Shown in pieces: positions 27,301 through 41,508 of a DNA stretch of 64,000 nt. The notes under the pieces are model-generated. The model saw only the letters and a list, made by a program, of their open reading frames with translations, made no database searches and was not told the DNA's origin. Numbering within the stretch: the first letter of the stretch is position 1; every line of letters begins with the position of its first letter. The position numbers and the translations under genes are program-made. Source of the DNA: Octopus sinensis (lineage: Eukaryota); assembly GCF_006345805.1 (NCBI RefSeq), contig NC_043015.1, positions 27,156,001-27,220,000 on the forward strand, given 5' to 3'.

Positions 27301-30300
27301 CCATTTCGGCATTCCTCACCACAAACCAAACGAGCCCACTGCTTCGACATCTAAAACTGTTTCATGTATGGCTTTTTAATCATACCGCTTCATGACAAGG
27401 CATAATGATTTCAACCCCCTGCACAGATCACGGGAACTGTTTCACCAGTTTGCAGTTGACATGGCTGCAAAGATGGAGTCCGAGAGACTGTGCTTCCTCA
27501 AATTGAATCAGAAGCAGCTGCGCTCAGACTCCTACATCCATTTGCGTGATGGCATTGGGAATGACATTGACGCCCGCAATATCGGAAAAATGTGCATTCT
27601 CCCCTCAACCTATACAGGGGGCCCACGGTACATGCACGAGCGAACACAAGACGCTATGACTTACGTTCGGCATTATGGGCGACCCGATTTATTCATTATC
27701 TTTATATGTAACCCAAAGTGGGTTGAGGTAACGCGAGAACTTCTCCCAGGGCAGCAGTACTGTCATCACCATGGTATTATTGCAAGGGTTTTCAGGCAGA
27801 AACTGGCTAAGCTCATTCATTTAATTAAAAAAAGGGCAGGTTTTTGGGCCTGTTAACTGCCACATGTATACTGTTGAGTGGCAGAAAAGAGGGTTGCCAC
27901 ACGCGCACATTTTGCTTTGGTTGGTCAACAAAATAGACCCAACAGTTCTTGATGATCTCATTGCAGCAGAAATTCCGGACCCAACTGTTGACCGGCAGCT
28001 GTACGACATTGTGAAGGCACACATGGTACACGGTCCGTGCGGTCCTGGTTTTCAAAAGTTCTCCTCATGCCACAAAGACCACGTGTGCACTAAACGGTAC
28101 CCAAAGAGGTTCGTGGACGAGACCCAGACCGGCCGCGACAGATACCCACTGTACAGAAGAAGGCACCCTGACAATGGTGGATTCACTATGACGTTACGGG
28201 GTCATCAAGTGGATAATAGGTGGGTAGTGCCGTACTGTCCATTTCTGATGAAAACTTTTAACGCTCACATAAATGTGGAGTTCTGTCATTCAGTCAAGTC
28301 TATAAAGTATATATGTAAATATGTTAACAAGGGTTCTGACGCTGCCATGTTTGGCCTTCAAAAGGACAATAGCATGGACGAGGTGTCACAGTACTTGGCA
28401 GGTCGGTACATAAACAGTGGTGAAGCTTTTTGGCGGATATTCGGGTTTCCACTTCACCAAAGGCACCCCGCCATCATACAACTAGCGGTTCATTTGGAAA
28501 ATGGCCAGTGAACTTACTTTACTGAACAGACTGCAGCTGAATTGGCGGCAAATCCAAAATAAACAACTTTGACCGGTTTCTTTAGGCTTTGCCAACTTGA
28601 CACATTTGCTAAAACACTTTTATACCCACAGGTCCCGTCCTACTACGTGTGGTCAAACAACAATTCGGTGCGTAGGAAGTCGGGTCAGGATGTTGAAGGA
28701 CATCCTGGTGTCAAGTTTAACAGCTGTCTAGGAAGAGTCTACACTGTACCTCCAAACCAACATGAGTGTTTTCACCTGTGCCTTCTCCTCCATCAGGTTT
28801 AAGGCCCACAAAGTTTTCAAGACATCAGAACTGTTGATGGTGTATTATGGGATACTTTCCGCGAAGCCTGTTTTCGGCGTCGACTTTTGGAGGATGATTC
28901 ACAATGGGGCGCCACTATGGCGGAGGGTGTTTCATTAAAATCTCCTAAAAAAATCAGATCGCTTTTCGCTATTCTACTACTATGGTGTGACTTGGCTAAT
29001 CCCGCCTCTTTATGGCTTACCTACAAAGATTATATGTCTGAAGATTTCCTGCGTCACGCTCAATCGCTACATCCATCAATGGAGGTCGGGTACACTGACC
29101 TCATTTACAACAGGGCGCTGCTTGAAATCGAAGATACTGTACTTCATATGGGCGGTCTATGGCCTACCTTCAACAAACCTGGAAGGCACAAACACTCTGT
29201 CTTCACATTTGCTGCGTGAGATATGTTTTAATGTTGACGAGCTTGCCGAGTACATAGCCGACAATGAGCCAAAGCTCCTTCCAGAACAGAAGCTCGCTTA
29301 CAACTCCGTTGTTAATTCAGTCCGGGCCAAAGCTGGGGGGATTTTCTTCCTGGACGCTCCTGGGGGCACTGGGAAAACTTTTGTCAACAAATTAATATTG
29401 GCTGAGATTAGGCGAACACAAGGCATTGCCCTAGCTGTGGCATCATCTGGAATTGCGGCTACTTTGTTGCCAGGCGGCAGGACAGCTCACTCCACTTTCA
29501 AGCTCCCGCTTGACTTAGCGAAGACTGAGACACCAACTTGCAACATCAGTAACAGCTCCGATCAGGCAGAAGTCTTCAGACGATGCAAGCTTATCGTTTG
29601 GGATGAATGCACGATGGCCCACAGAGGTGCTCTTGAGGCACTAGATAGATCTCTCAGAGACATCAAACACTCTTCAACTCCCATGGGAGGCATAACACTT
29701 CTTCTTTCAGGGGACTTCCGACAAACACTTCCCGTTATTCCCAAAGGGACTAGAGCTGATGCAGTAAGTGCGTGTCTTAAGTCATCCACATTGTGGCCAC
29801 TGGTGAAGACTCTCAAACTTCACACCAATATGCGTGCTCATATGCGACGTGATATCACATCAGCAGCATTTTCTCACATCCTCCTTGCACTTGGCGAAGG
29901 CAAAATACCAGGGGATGAAAATGGTAATATTGCCATCGATTCCATTTGTACCATTGTTAAAACGCCTTCTGATCTCAGAGATGCAGTGTTCCCAGATCTA
30001 CAAGCTAATTATCAGAATATGGATTGGATTGACCAAAGGGCTATTCTGGCCCTGTGGAATAAAACTGTTCACCATATTAATGATGACATGCTAAAACTCA
30101 TTCCTGGGGATGTCTATGTATATAAGTCTATCGATACAACTCCTAACCCAGAGGACGTCATCAACTATCCAATAGAGGTACTCAATTTCTTTGAGCCCCC
30201 CCCCCCCACCGCGGACTACCACCACACATTCTCAAACTTAAAGTTGGTGCCCCTATAATGCTCATTAGAAATTTGGTTCCCCCAAAACAATGCAATGGCA

Positions 30301-31460
30301 CACGTTTGATCGTTAAGTCCTTATCTCCCAATCTGATTGAGGCCACCATTATCACAGGGTGCGGTCGAGGCAACGTTGTGCTCATACCTAGGATGCATTT
30401 TTTCCCATCAGGAGCAGACCTACCTTTCATATTTCGGAGGTCCCAGTTCCCAGTAAGGCCATGTTTCGCAATGTCAATTAACAAAGCGTAGGGTCAAACA
30501 CTGTCTGTGGCGGGAATACATTTGGGAGAGCCATGTTTCTCTCATGGTCAGATTTATGTTGACTGCTCGCGTGTCGGCAGCAACAGTGATGCTTTCGCAT
30601 TCGTTCCACAACGAAAAACAAAAAACATTGTGTACAAGGAGGTTTTATAGGATTACTACGTTTCATCATTTTCGAACACGTTAGTATTTCACTTAAATAC
30701 GACTCTCTTTTATGATGGCATTTACATTTTTAGGCGTTTCATGACATTAATTCACACTTAACCAACACCTGTCCTTCGCTCACTTCTATTTCTATCCATT
30801 CATCATCAAACCACCAGCCTCATCTTCTATATCCAACGTACATGACACATCTACCCCCTACATCTACACTCTCACTGTTAAAGTTTACATAAGCGACAAC
30901 ACGATCGCAACATACACTTTGGAAACTAAGCAACAGATCATTTTATACAACAAATTTAATCATAACGCCCATCAATGAAAACATCTCCACCACTGTGTTG
31001 TGATTCATCTAATCAGCACCACTACAGTCTTGTCGGTCTGACATATGGTGAGTAGATGCTATTGTTCTATATTTTATAAGTTACCCATATTTACTTACCC
31101 ATGCTTCATTCCCCTCTTGCCTACATAGGGCATCCATTCTCTTTTTTAACACAGCATGAAGTTTTGTAACAGCACATCCTATTCACCTGCGAACGTTTTA
31201 CATCGCCTTCCACGACTATCAAATTCTTACAATTATGAGAACAATAACATGGCTCTTTTCAAGGCAACCTCGCATTCAATTCTTACACCATTCTACGAGG
31301 GGGTAGGAACCCCTTTACACGGCTTTCTATACACTTACAAATACATTCATTCGCCGTAAACTTATATCAATATTTGCCTGAATAATCATCATAATTCAGT
31401 GCAATCATTAACAGTACTTTCAAGCAATTCAGCCCCGAGTAACGCCGGGAAATTCTGCTA

Positions 31461-31461
<1 letters not shown>
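24365..31461 (+). mobile_element. Helitron, near full length, disrupted
   Basis: Proposed A|TC 5' end at 24365 (less certain); RepHel remnants; 3' hairpin CCCCGAGTAACGCCGGG followed by CTAG|T at 31458-31462. Confidence 0.85.
25846..30650 (+). pseudogene. Helitron RepHel (HUH Rep + PIF1-like SF1 helicase) with frameshifts and stops
   Basis: Zn motif CQFCDAKKW..E...CC.NGKV; FQMTSFGA; F..FICNPKW; VEWQKRGLPHAHIL; KYICKYVNKG; DAPGGTGKTF; IVWDE; GDFRQ; [14 protein letters not shown]; FSHGQIYV; terminal KNIVYKEVL*. Confidence 0.92.
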
Positions 31462-31516
<55 letters not shown>

Positions 31517-32099
31517 GCGTATATACATATATATATAAATACATACATATGTTTATATGTATGTATGTATGTATGTATGTGTGTATGTATGTATATGCAC
31601 TCTAAGATTTTTTCTATTCTGACAGACATCGTTGTAATTAATTTTTAATTTGGTTTATTTTTAATTTATTTTTTACATCTCTAGAACTGGCTAATATACG
31701 AGATTAGGTAAATAGTGATGCATTTTGTGAAGCACGTGTATCTATTATCTGCACATGCGCGCACCACCCTCCCAGACACAAACACACAGACGCAAAGTCA
31801 AACAATACACGTGTGACTTATTACTCTATAAGCCTCTCAAATTAAGTGTCATTATTCTCCTGTCAAGGTTTCCATTCATTCTTCTCTCTTATTCTCTCTC
31901 TTTCTCTTTCTCACTCTCTCCACACTCTACACACACACACAAGCGCACACACACGCACATACATCAGCGCGCACACACACACAAAGACGCACATACATAT
32001 ATACACATACATAGATACATACATTCGTACATTTATACCTATATATATACATACATGTATATATACATATATATATGTATATATATATATATATAATAT

Positions 32100-32161
<62 letters not shown>

Positions 32162-33354
32162 ATATACACACGCCCACGTATGGATGTGCATGTATCTTTT
32201 TCACTGTTCTCTTTCGCTCTTTCTCTAGCTTCTTCTCTCAGTGTATATATATATATATATATATACACGCACACGTATGGATGTGCATGTATCTCTTTCA
32301 CTGTTCTCTTTCGCTCTTTCTCTAGCTTCTTCTCTCAGTCTGTCTCCCTCTCTCTCACTCGTTCTTCCCCCTCTTTCTCCCAAATACACATTCTTTCTAT
32401 CGCTCTACTTTTCAAAATGGCGTCTCTTTCATGAAAATCTCCCGTGATTAATGAACGTGCTTTTAGCCTCACTCCACAAAATAATCACTCACCTACGATT
32501 AACGAAAATAGTAATAATAATAATAGTTATAGTAATAGTAATGATGATGATGATGATGATAACAAAAAAAGCAACCATCTTGTTATTTATTCTTTTACTT
32601 ATTTATTTGGTTATCTAGTTATTTATTTATTTTAGCTTTCCATTTTCAAGCGTACAAAAAAAGAATAAGAAGTACAAAAACATACAAAACAAAATGACAA
32701 AATTTAATCCTCTGGAAAAGAAGCAAAGATAAAACAAACACCAAAATTAAATGAAATAAGATAAAGAGCGGAGCTGGTGTATAATATGGGCGAGGATATA
32801 GAAAAGGGAGGAATATTGATGGGAAGATAAGGAGTGTAAAAGCGGACAGATTTGTCGCATAAATCAGATATCAACGAAAGGATTTCCTTTTCCGACCACC
32901 ACCCCTCATTGTACAGACAATCAACTGATTCCCATCAGGCATCGGTGCGAGGAAATAAATAGAGATGAAGGATTTGTGGATGGAAAGAGAAAGGATCGGA
33001 GGAGAGTGAGATGTTATTCACAGGTATGTGTGTATGAGTATGTGTGTGTGCATGCTCACTAGCACCGACCATCACTTTGGTGACGACTATACTTGTTGCT
33101 TTTCGGTTCTAAATTGCGAATAGTCACTTTAATAATAGTAATAATATATATATATATTACATACATATAAGAGGGATGACCACTAAGTGGACATCCAGTA
33201 TGCTAGAGGTAGACCCCATATGGTCTGACCACTAAGAAAAGATTGTTCTGAAGAATATTCAGCAAGCGCCAGAGCGTAAGCGAGCAAGACAAATGAAATG
33301 ATACAAATTATAAGGATTAGTCACAAACCTGGTTTCCTTGTTACCACATACGTA

Positions 33355-33458
33355 AGCTATAGTAGAAGGAACTTGCCCAAGGTACCACGCAGTGGGACTG
33401 AACTTGAATCATGTGGTTAGTAAGCAAGCTACTTACCACAAAGCCACTCCTGCGCCTA
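33355..33458 (-). mobile_element. SINE family A, 5' head
   Basis: CTTGCCCAAGGTACCACGCAGTGGGACTGAAC...CTACTTACCACAAAGCCACTCCTGCGC matches 2580-2665. Confidence 0.8.
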
Positions 33459-33496
33459 TACACACACACACACACATACTCACACACACACTCACA

Positions 33497-33533
<37 letters not shown>

Positions 33534-33759
33534 ATAAACAAACACACACACACACACACACTCACACACACACACACATATATATATATATGTATCTTAG
33601 ATCCCGAAAGGGTATAAAAGTAGGGTATTTCCAGAGTAGCACTCAACCCGAATTCCGTGCTATGAACACTGTCCGGTTCCAGACCAATGGTTTTGGGACG
33701 GTAACACCGTTGTGTGGGTTTGGCGAAGAGTAAATTATAATCCAAATAATAATAAAACA

Positions 33760-34060
33760 AAGAAATTCTTTAACACATCTTTAAGGATTCGTTACAATTT
33801 GCTTCTGTACCTGCTCTGCTTGCGATACAGACATTAGAGTGGCATTTCACCTGACTTGCATCAATTGTTCGCTTTTACATTGTTTGTTTTCCAGACATAG
33901 TTTTTTTTAGCTTATATACAAATCTAATGAAGTGCCCCTCCAATGTCTAAAACTGCAAACATTAAGCAACATTTTCACTTCAAATTTTTGCGTAAACTGG
34001 TTTTGTAAGCAGAGTTGGTTCAAAAACAAATGTAACGAAAGATGTGTTAAAGAATTTCTT
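33760..34060. mobile_element. Small MITE-like element with ~25-40-bp TIRs
   Basis: AAGAAATTCTTTAACACATCTTT ... AAAGATGTGTTAAAGAATTTCTT. Confidence 0.65.
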
Positions 34061-34081
34061 AGTTTTCTTATCATCTGAATA

Positions 34082-35849
34082 TCTCTCTATATATAAAACT
34101 GAGAATGTGTGTGTGTGTGTGTGTGTGTCTGTCAATCTGTGTGTTTTCCTAAAACTTGAGAACTAGGCAACCAATTTCATTCAAATTTTACACATGCCTT
34201 ACTTAGGGTCCGGGGAGTGTCATCGGCAAAAAAAATGTTTAACTTTTTGCCTAGGGTGAGCCCATAGCAATATCATATCTTCTCGTCTACTATTCCCTAA
34301 AACTTGAGAACTACACAACCAATTTCATTCAAATTTTACACATGCCTTACTTAGGGTCCATGTAGTTTCATGGGCAAAAAAATGTTCAACTTCTTGCCAT
34401 ATCTTCTCCTCTATTATGTGTTAAATGTGAAACAAAAACATTTCTCTATTTTATGTCAGATACTTTCATTTTAACAATAAAAATAATAATAACAATTGAA
34501 TTATATGTAGTAAATAATAATTAAAATCAAACTAAAGTATAATATAATCGTAGCATAACAAAAGTAAAAATAGCAATTGGTATAAAATTGCATCAATGAC
34601 TTGAACTTGAATAAGTGGTTTCACATGAATGGGAATAAATTAAAAATAAAATTCGCGTGCAGAAATGGAATAGTCCAGATGGAGCTGTGCTTTTACATTA
34701 AATTATCTGCTAATTAGCTAGCATTAAATATCTATATATAATTTGTATCATTTCATTTGTCTTGCTCGCTTACGCTCTGGCGCTTGCTGAATATTCTTCA
34801 GAACAATCTTTTCTTAGTGGTCAGACTATATGGGGTCTACCTCTAGCATACTGGATGTATATAATATCTGTTTTCTTGAACAGCCGCTTCTATAGAATAC
34901 TGCTGTTGGTTTATTTCTTATACATAAAGGACTATAGCTTCAACTGCTTACTGCTTTCTGATTCATCGTAAGGTTTGTTGTTATTATTATTACTGTTTAA
35001 CTATTGTTATCACGTTTGTTGGTTCCTCGTAAAGGAAACATTGTTGTGTTGCATTTGTTAAATAATTGTAAACTGTAACCCTCCCCCTTTGGGAGAAGGA
35101 GCTTTGGTTATTGTTCAAAAATTGAAATGTGTCCCTGTTAGGGGAAATTGACAATATTTTCACCGTTTATACGGAAGCATTTTTGTTAAAATGCCTTCGA
35201 TAGAAGAACGTCCAAAAATGAATTTCGCTGCAGCCGTCGGCGGGCGCGAACTCATTGAAATTGAAATGAAAGAAATACGGATTGATCACCGACTAAGACG
35301 GTGAATCTAGGATAACACCACCAAACGAAATAAAAAAATTAAATTAAGTATACAATGTAGAGAAAAAAAATATTTGAACACCTGGAGGAAAGCACCATCG
35401 AAACGTGTCTTGGTGCGACTATGTAAGATATCTAACTAGAGGCGGTAAATTCGCCACAATACAAGCAAGGTTCGAGTCAACGGAGCGTGCAAGGAAGTAC
35501 TCGACTCGAATCTTGCAAAGTGGAAATATTTTACTTTTACCTTTATATCTGGGACGTAGGACGTCCCGGATAAAAATTAAAAATGTCCCATCGGAAGTAG
35601 AGGTAGGTGGATTGTAGCCACAATTCTATACAAGAGGGAGGACAAGATACAATTGATCGAAATTGCAAGAGACGGGCCTACAATTCCAGTCTGTTATATA
35701 TTTTGAGTATTGTTATCACTAGCGATATCAAGATATAACCTTGTATCTTGCATTTTATGTGTATCTGTACATGTAATATGTACACATATATATACACATA
35801 TATACATGCACTAGGACTATGACCCGGCGTTGCCGGGTCATAATGCTAG
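34082..35849 (+). mobile_element. Non-autonomous Helitron N1, copy A
   Basis: A|TCTCTCTATATATAAAACTGAG start; TATGACCCGGCGTTGCCGGGTCATA hairpin, then CTAG|T. Confidence 0.9.
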
Positions 35850-35864
35850 TTATATATAAAAACA

Positions 35865-35903
<39 letters not shown>

Positions 35904-37188
35904 ATTGACACACGCATGCAGTTGTTTTACCAGAGTAATTAATTGACTCGATATAGATCTATATCGTAATTTATACGAAAGCGATAAGATAGTACATTCT
36001 GCATGGTGTCTGTGTGTGAAGTGAATAGTCAGCTATTTGATGGTGGTGGTGGTGGTGGTGGTGAGAAGGAGGAGGAGGAGGAGGAGGAAGATGGCGTGGT
36101 GGGGTTGATGGTAGTAATGACAATGAAGATGGCGATGGTGGGGTATAAATTATATGGCTAGATTGTTAACGATGACATAGGTGAAATTGTGTTGTAGAGT
36201 ATGTAAACTTAATTGTTTTCACGCAATTGTTGCTCTTGTCGTTGTTCTTGTTGTTTACCGCTTGGTCAGTGGGGTTCGAAAAAATCTTCTGTCAAAGTTA
36301 TTCCATCAGTGACCATCTCGTCTTATGTTTGTGACGAGATTGCCCAATGTTCTCTTTTTCATTGTTTAAGACTACTACGTAGACGATATGAGGGAGATGT
36401 GGTTGTTATTTTTAGCCATAATCGAGTGACCTACTTAAAGTTCTTTTGTCGGAATGTGTCATCGTTGTCGTCGTGAAGTACATCTAATTTCAGCTCATCA
36501 AAACATTATTCATCTCTGAATATTGTAGAATAGTTAGTGCTTAGAATGTTTCCCAGTAATCACTTCGACTCTCTGAGTTCAAATCCCACTCGAGCCAATT
36601 TTCTCCCTTTTTTTTCGTTTTGGAGCCGATAGAAAAGTAGGAACCCAGAACGGCAGATTGACTGAACTGGAAGAGGGTGTCTTCCACTTCTTTCACTTCT
36701 AACAGCAATGTCTTCATCGACTCTGGTGCCAAGTTGGCAGCCATTCTCTCCGGTATAGAAATATGAGACAACTGCAACGCATGATCAACTGCTGGATTGC
36801 TCCAAAAAGATGTTTTGAAACCTCTTGCCTAAGCCTTCAGGTACACATGCAGGTGCATGGTTGACTTTGGGGTACAGAAAACCTAAAATATTCCTTCTTG
36901 TTTCCGTTTTGTTTTATGACGCTACTGCGCATGTAGTACACACTGTATTGTTCTTGATGGAGGCGATGGTGCTGTTATTTTGCTTTGATCCTCCGCAAAC
37001 AAAAGAGGTAATTTTACTTTATGATGATCCACTCACCTTATCTGAAACAGAGATCAGCCGAGTTCTGATGTAGTCACCACTCCTTACTGTTTGGATGTTC
37101 CGAAAGTGTCGACAGCAAGTCCACCGAATGAACGAAAGCATCGGACATGCAACCTAGCCAACCTTTATTCACTAAGGCAGTCATACGA

Positions 37189-37231
<43 letters not shown>

Positions 37232-37246
37232 GCACACATACACACA

Positions 37247-37676
37247 CATAGTGAATAAACAAACGAATATATACTAAATACACAGGCGAACAGAAAACAT
37301 AGAAGATCACTTCCTCATGAGTTATCCCCCAGGGGGTCAAATGCAATTTCGTCTATTATCGATAATATTGCTTCCACTCTGGAGGTACCGGCAAGAAAGT
37401 TGCCAGGTATGGGACAAAAGCAACAAAAGGAGACGGACTCGAGACGAGACCGTCAGTGGACGTTAGTCTCGTCTCGAGTCTGTCTCGTTTTGTTATGTTT
37501 TGGTCCCGTTTCCCACAGGTTTCTTGCCGCTACCTCGAGAGTGGACGCAATATTATCGATAATAGCCGAAATTGCGTTTGATCCTCTGGCCGATAACTGA
37601 TGAGAAGGTGGTGACCTTCTGTATTTTATGTTCGCCTGTGTATTTAGAATATGTTCGTTTGCTTATTCACTACATG
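37247..37676. mobile_element. Diverged MITE-like foldback (~205-bp arms, short spacer)
   Basis: TAGTGAATAAACAAACGAA...CTCGAGACGAGAC mirrored by GTCTCGTCTCGAG...TTCGTTTGCTTATTCACTA. Confidence 0.8.
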
Positions 37677-37691
37677 TTCTTTTTAATCTTA

Positions 37692-37729
<38 letters not shown>

Positions 37730-37768
37730 AAAAAAGGTTTGAAAATGCAATTTAAACGATGTTTATTT

Positions 37769-37809
37769 ACTTAACCGGTTTCACTCTTTGGTAAAAGATT
37801 GTCAAAAGT
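37769..37809 (-). ncRNA. Hammerhead variant (U3:A8), P3 unit 1 left arm
   Basis: Reverse complement of 39496-39536. Confidence 0.55.
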
Positions 37810-39495
37810 TACATTTAAGGAAACATTGAATAATATGGGTTCAAAAAAGTTTTTTACATAATTGTCACATTGAATATTATGCATTCAAAAAAGTTTTTAC
37901 ATAATTGTCACATTGGATATTATGAATTCAAAAATGTTTTTTTATACATAATTGTCACATTACATGTATAAATATAGTGTTTGGTAACAGAGAAGTTCAA
38001 TAGTGTGATGAGAATATTTGGGAAAATTTGGCAGAAAAGGATAAAACAAATATATTATTGGGAATTGGTTGCGTTAATTATTGGTTGTCGCAAATTGTCA
38101 CATTACATGTATATATATACAATCTTCGGTATATATATACAGCCTTTTGACAGCAAAAATTAAAATGGATTTTTTATACATCTCAGAATATTTTAAGTAC
38201 AAGGCGAGAATATGTTTTTACTGACCTGTTGGTATTAGCAGAAAGGCAGAACAGAGGAAGTAGCCAATGTGGTGTATACTTCCCCTTTATGCATGAATGA
38301 TTTTGGGGTTATCAGGAGTTTAGTATGCGGGTGTGAATAGATGTGTCCGTGCCCGCTGGTCAGATAGCGTCTGTTTGTCACACACATATATACACACACA
38401 CACACACCACACACACACACACAACAACACACACACACACACATAATAAACAAACACACATCACATACAACAACACACAACACACAGAACACACACACAC
38501 CCACACAACGCACCCACATATATCACATATACACACAGCACACAAATATAATATGTATCTATATATAACATACACAGATATATAACACACATACACACAC
38601 ACACACCACACACACAACACACGCACACATACATACATAATATAAATATCACACAAATACACCTAGCATATATATACACACATACAATACACACATACAG
38701 CATGTAAGTAATATACATACACAATATATACATGCAATATACATACGCAGTACATACATATAATATATATATATAGACAATGCATATACATATATACACA
38801 TATACATATAAATAGTGTTTACATACACATACATAGATGTACCACATATACACACAATACACATACATACAACGCATACACATACACGTTCGCATACATT
38901 TAATATATATATACACACACACACACATAACATACATACACAATGTATACATATATATACACGCAATGCATACTAACCTCCTGATAACCCCAAAATCATT
39001 CATGCATAAAGGGGAAGTATACACCACATTGGCTACTTCCTCTGTTCTCTCAGTTCAGCCTTTCTGCTAATACCGACAGGTCAGTAAAAACATATTCTCG
39101 CCTTGTACTTAAAATATTCTGAGATGTATAAAAAATCCATTTTAATTTTTGCTGTCAAAAGGCTGTATATATATACCAAAGATTGTATATATATACATGT
39201 AATGTGACAATTTGCGACAACCAATAATTAACGCAACCAATTCCCAATAATATATTTGTTTTATCCTTTTCTGCCAAATTTTCCCAAATATTCTCATCAC
39301 ACTATTGAACTTCTCTGTTACCAAACACTATATTTATACATGTAATGTGACAATTATGTATAAAAAAACATTTTTGAATTCATAATATCCAATGTGACAA
39401 TTATGTAAAAACTTTTTTGAATGCATAATATTCAATGTGACAATTATGTAAAAACTTTTTTTGAACCCATATTATTCAATGTTTCCTTAAATGTA

Positions 39496-39536
39496 ACTTT
39501 TGACAATCTTTTACCAAAGAGTGAAACCGGTTAAGT
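39496..39536 (+). ncRNA. Hammerhead variant (U3:A8), P3 unit 1 right arm
   Basis: Stem I ACTT/AAGT; core TTGACAA; stem II TCTTTT-ACCA-AAGAGT (5 pairs plus a basal U.U); GAA; palindrome ACCGGT; GUU triplet; AATAAA at 39538. Confidence 0.55.
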
Positions 39537-39676
39537 AAATAAACATCGTTTAAATTTTTTCTTATATAATCCCACTCGTGCGATACCCCACAACTCAACT
39601 TTTATATATATATATATATAATATATATATATATAAGAAAAAAGGTTTGAAAATGCAATTTAAACGATGTTTATTT

Positions 39677-39717
39677 ACTTAACCGGTTTCACTCTTTGGT
39701 AAAAGATTGTCAAAAGT
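39677..39717 (-). ncRNA. Hammerhead variant (U3:A8), P3 unit 2 left arm
   Basis: Identical to 37769-37809. Confidence 0.55.
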
Positions 39718-40292
39718 TACATTTAAGGAAACATTGAATAATATGGGTTCAAAAAAGTTTTTTACATAATTGTCACATTGAATATTATGCATTCAAAAAA
39801 GTTTTTTACATAATTGTCACATTGGATATTATGAATTCAAAAGTGTTTTTTTATACATAATTGTCACATTACATGTATAAATATAGTGTTTGGTAACAGA
39901 GAAGTTCAATAGTGTGATGAGAATATTTGGGAAAATTTGGCAGAAAAGGATAAAACAAATATATTATTGGGAATTGGTTGCGTTAATTATTGGTTGTCGC
40001 AAATTGTCACATTACATGTATATATATACAATCTTTGGTATATATATACAGCCTTTTGACAGCAAAAATTAAAATGGATTTTTTATACATCTCAGAATAT
40101 TTTAAGTACAAGGCGAGAATATGTTTTTACTGACCTGTTGGTATTAGCAGAAAGGCAGAACAGAGGAAGTAGCCAATGTGGTGTATACTTCCCCTTTATG
40201 CATGAATGATTTTGGGGTTATCAGGAGGTTAGTATGCGGGTGTGAATAGATGTGTCCGTGCCCGCTGGTCAGATAGCGTCTGTTTGTCACAC

Positions 40293-40325
<33 letters not shown>

Positions 40326-40491
40326 ACAACACACACACACACACACATAATAAACAAACACACATCACATACAAACAACACACACACACACAGAACACAC
40401 ACACACCCACACAACGCACCCACATATATCACATATACACACAGCACACAAATATAATATGTATCTATATATAACATACACAGATATATAA

Positions 40492-40524
<33 letters not shown>

Positions 40525-41405
40525 CACACGCACACATACATACATAATATAAATATCACACAAATACACCTAGCATATATATACACACATACAATACACA
40601 CATACAGCATGTAAGTAATATACATACACAATATATACATGCAATATACATACGCAGTACATACATATAATATATATATATAGACAATGCATATACATAT
40701 ATACACATATACATATAAATAGTGTTTACATACACATACATAGATGTACCACATATACACACAATACACATACATACAACGCATACACATACACGTACGC
40801 ATACATTTAATATATATATACACACACACACACACATAACATACATACACAATGTATACATATATATACACGCAATGCATACTAACCTCCTGATAACCCC
40901 AAAATCATTCATGCATAAAGGGGAAGTATACACCACATTGGCTACTTCCTCTGTTCTCTCAGTTCAGCCTTTCTGCTAATACCGACAGGTCAGTAAAAAC
41001 ATATTCTCGCCTTGTACTTAAAATATTCTGAGATGTATAAAAAATCCATTTTAATTTTTGCTGTCAAAAGGCTGTATATATATACCAAAGATTGTATATA
41101 TATACATGTAATGTGACAATTTGCGACAACCAATAATTAACGCAACCAATTCCCAATAATATATTTGTTTTATCCTTTTCTGCCAAATTTTCCCAAATAT
41201 TCTCATCACACTATTGAACTTCTCTGTTACCAAACACTATATTTATACATGTAATGTGACAATTATGTATAAAAAAACATTTTTGAATTCATAATATCCA
41301 ATGTGACAATTATGTAAAAACTTTTTTGAATGCATAATATTCAATGTGACAATTATGTAAAAAACTTTTTTTGAACCCATATTATTCAATGTTTCCTTAA
41401 ATGTA

Positions 41406-41446
41406 ACTTTTGACAATCTTTTACCAAAGAGTGAAACCGGTTAAGT
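41406..41446 (+). ncRNA. Hammerhead variant (U3:A8), P3 unit 2 right arm
   Basis: Identical to 39496-39536. Confidence 0.55.
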
Positions 41447-41508
41447 AAATAAACATCGTTTAAATTTTTTCTTATATAATCCCACTCGTGCGATACCCCA
41501 CAACTCAA

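Larger units (their letters stand above)
37722..39603. repeat. P3 unit 1: ~600-bp inverted arms, CA-rich spacer, 35-bp tail
   Basis: 37722-38328 is the reverse complement of 38968-39568; arms contain ~44-bp subrepeats (TTTTACATAATTGTCACATT); ORFs 37981+ and 39142- are identical. Confidence 0.95.

Noticed and set aside
32168-32430. ~98-bp tandem duplication and a CAAAATGGCG (YY1-like) motif as a promoter
   Set aside because: A single short motif beside microsatellite slippage products; no other promoter evidence
37597-37625. CTGATGA followed by a GAAGG/CCTTC hairpin in the 37247 MITE
   Set aside because: No GAAA after the stem and the mirror arm lacks the core; not a hammerhead
37850-38110. 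Regularly spaced ~44-bp repeats as a CRISPR-like array
   Set aside because: Intervening sequences are themselves repeated, there are no unique spacers or cas genes, and the context is eukaryotic; these are arm subrepeats
38981-39022. CTGATAA...GGGGAAGTATAC in the P3 arm
   Set aside because: C3:A8 mismatch, no A15.1-U16.1 pair and no stem I
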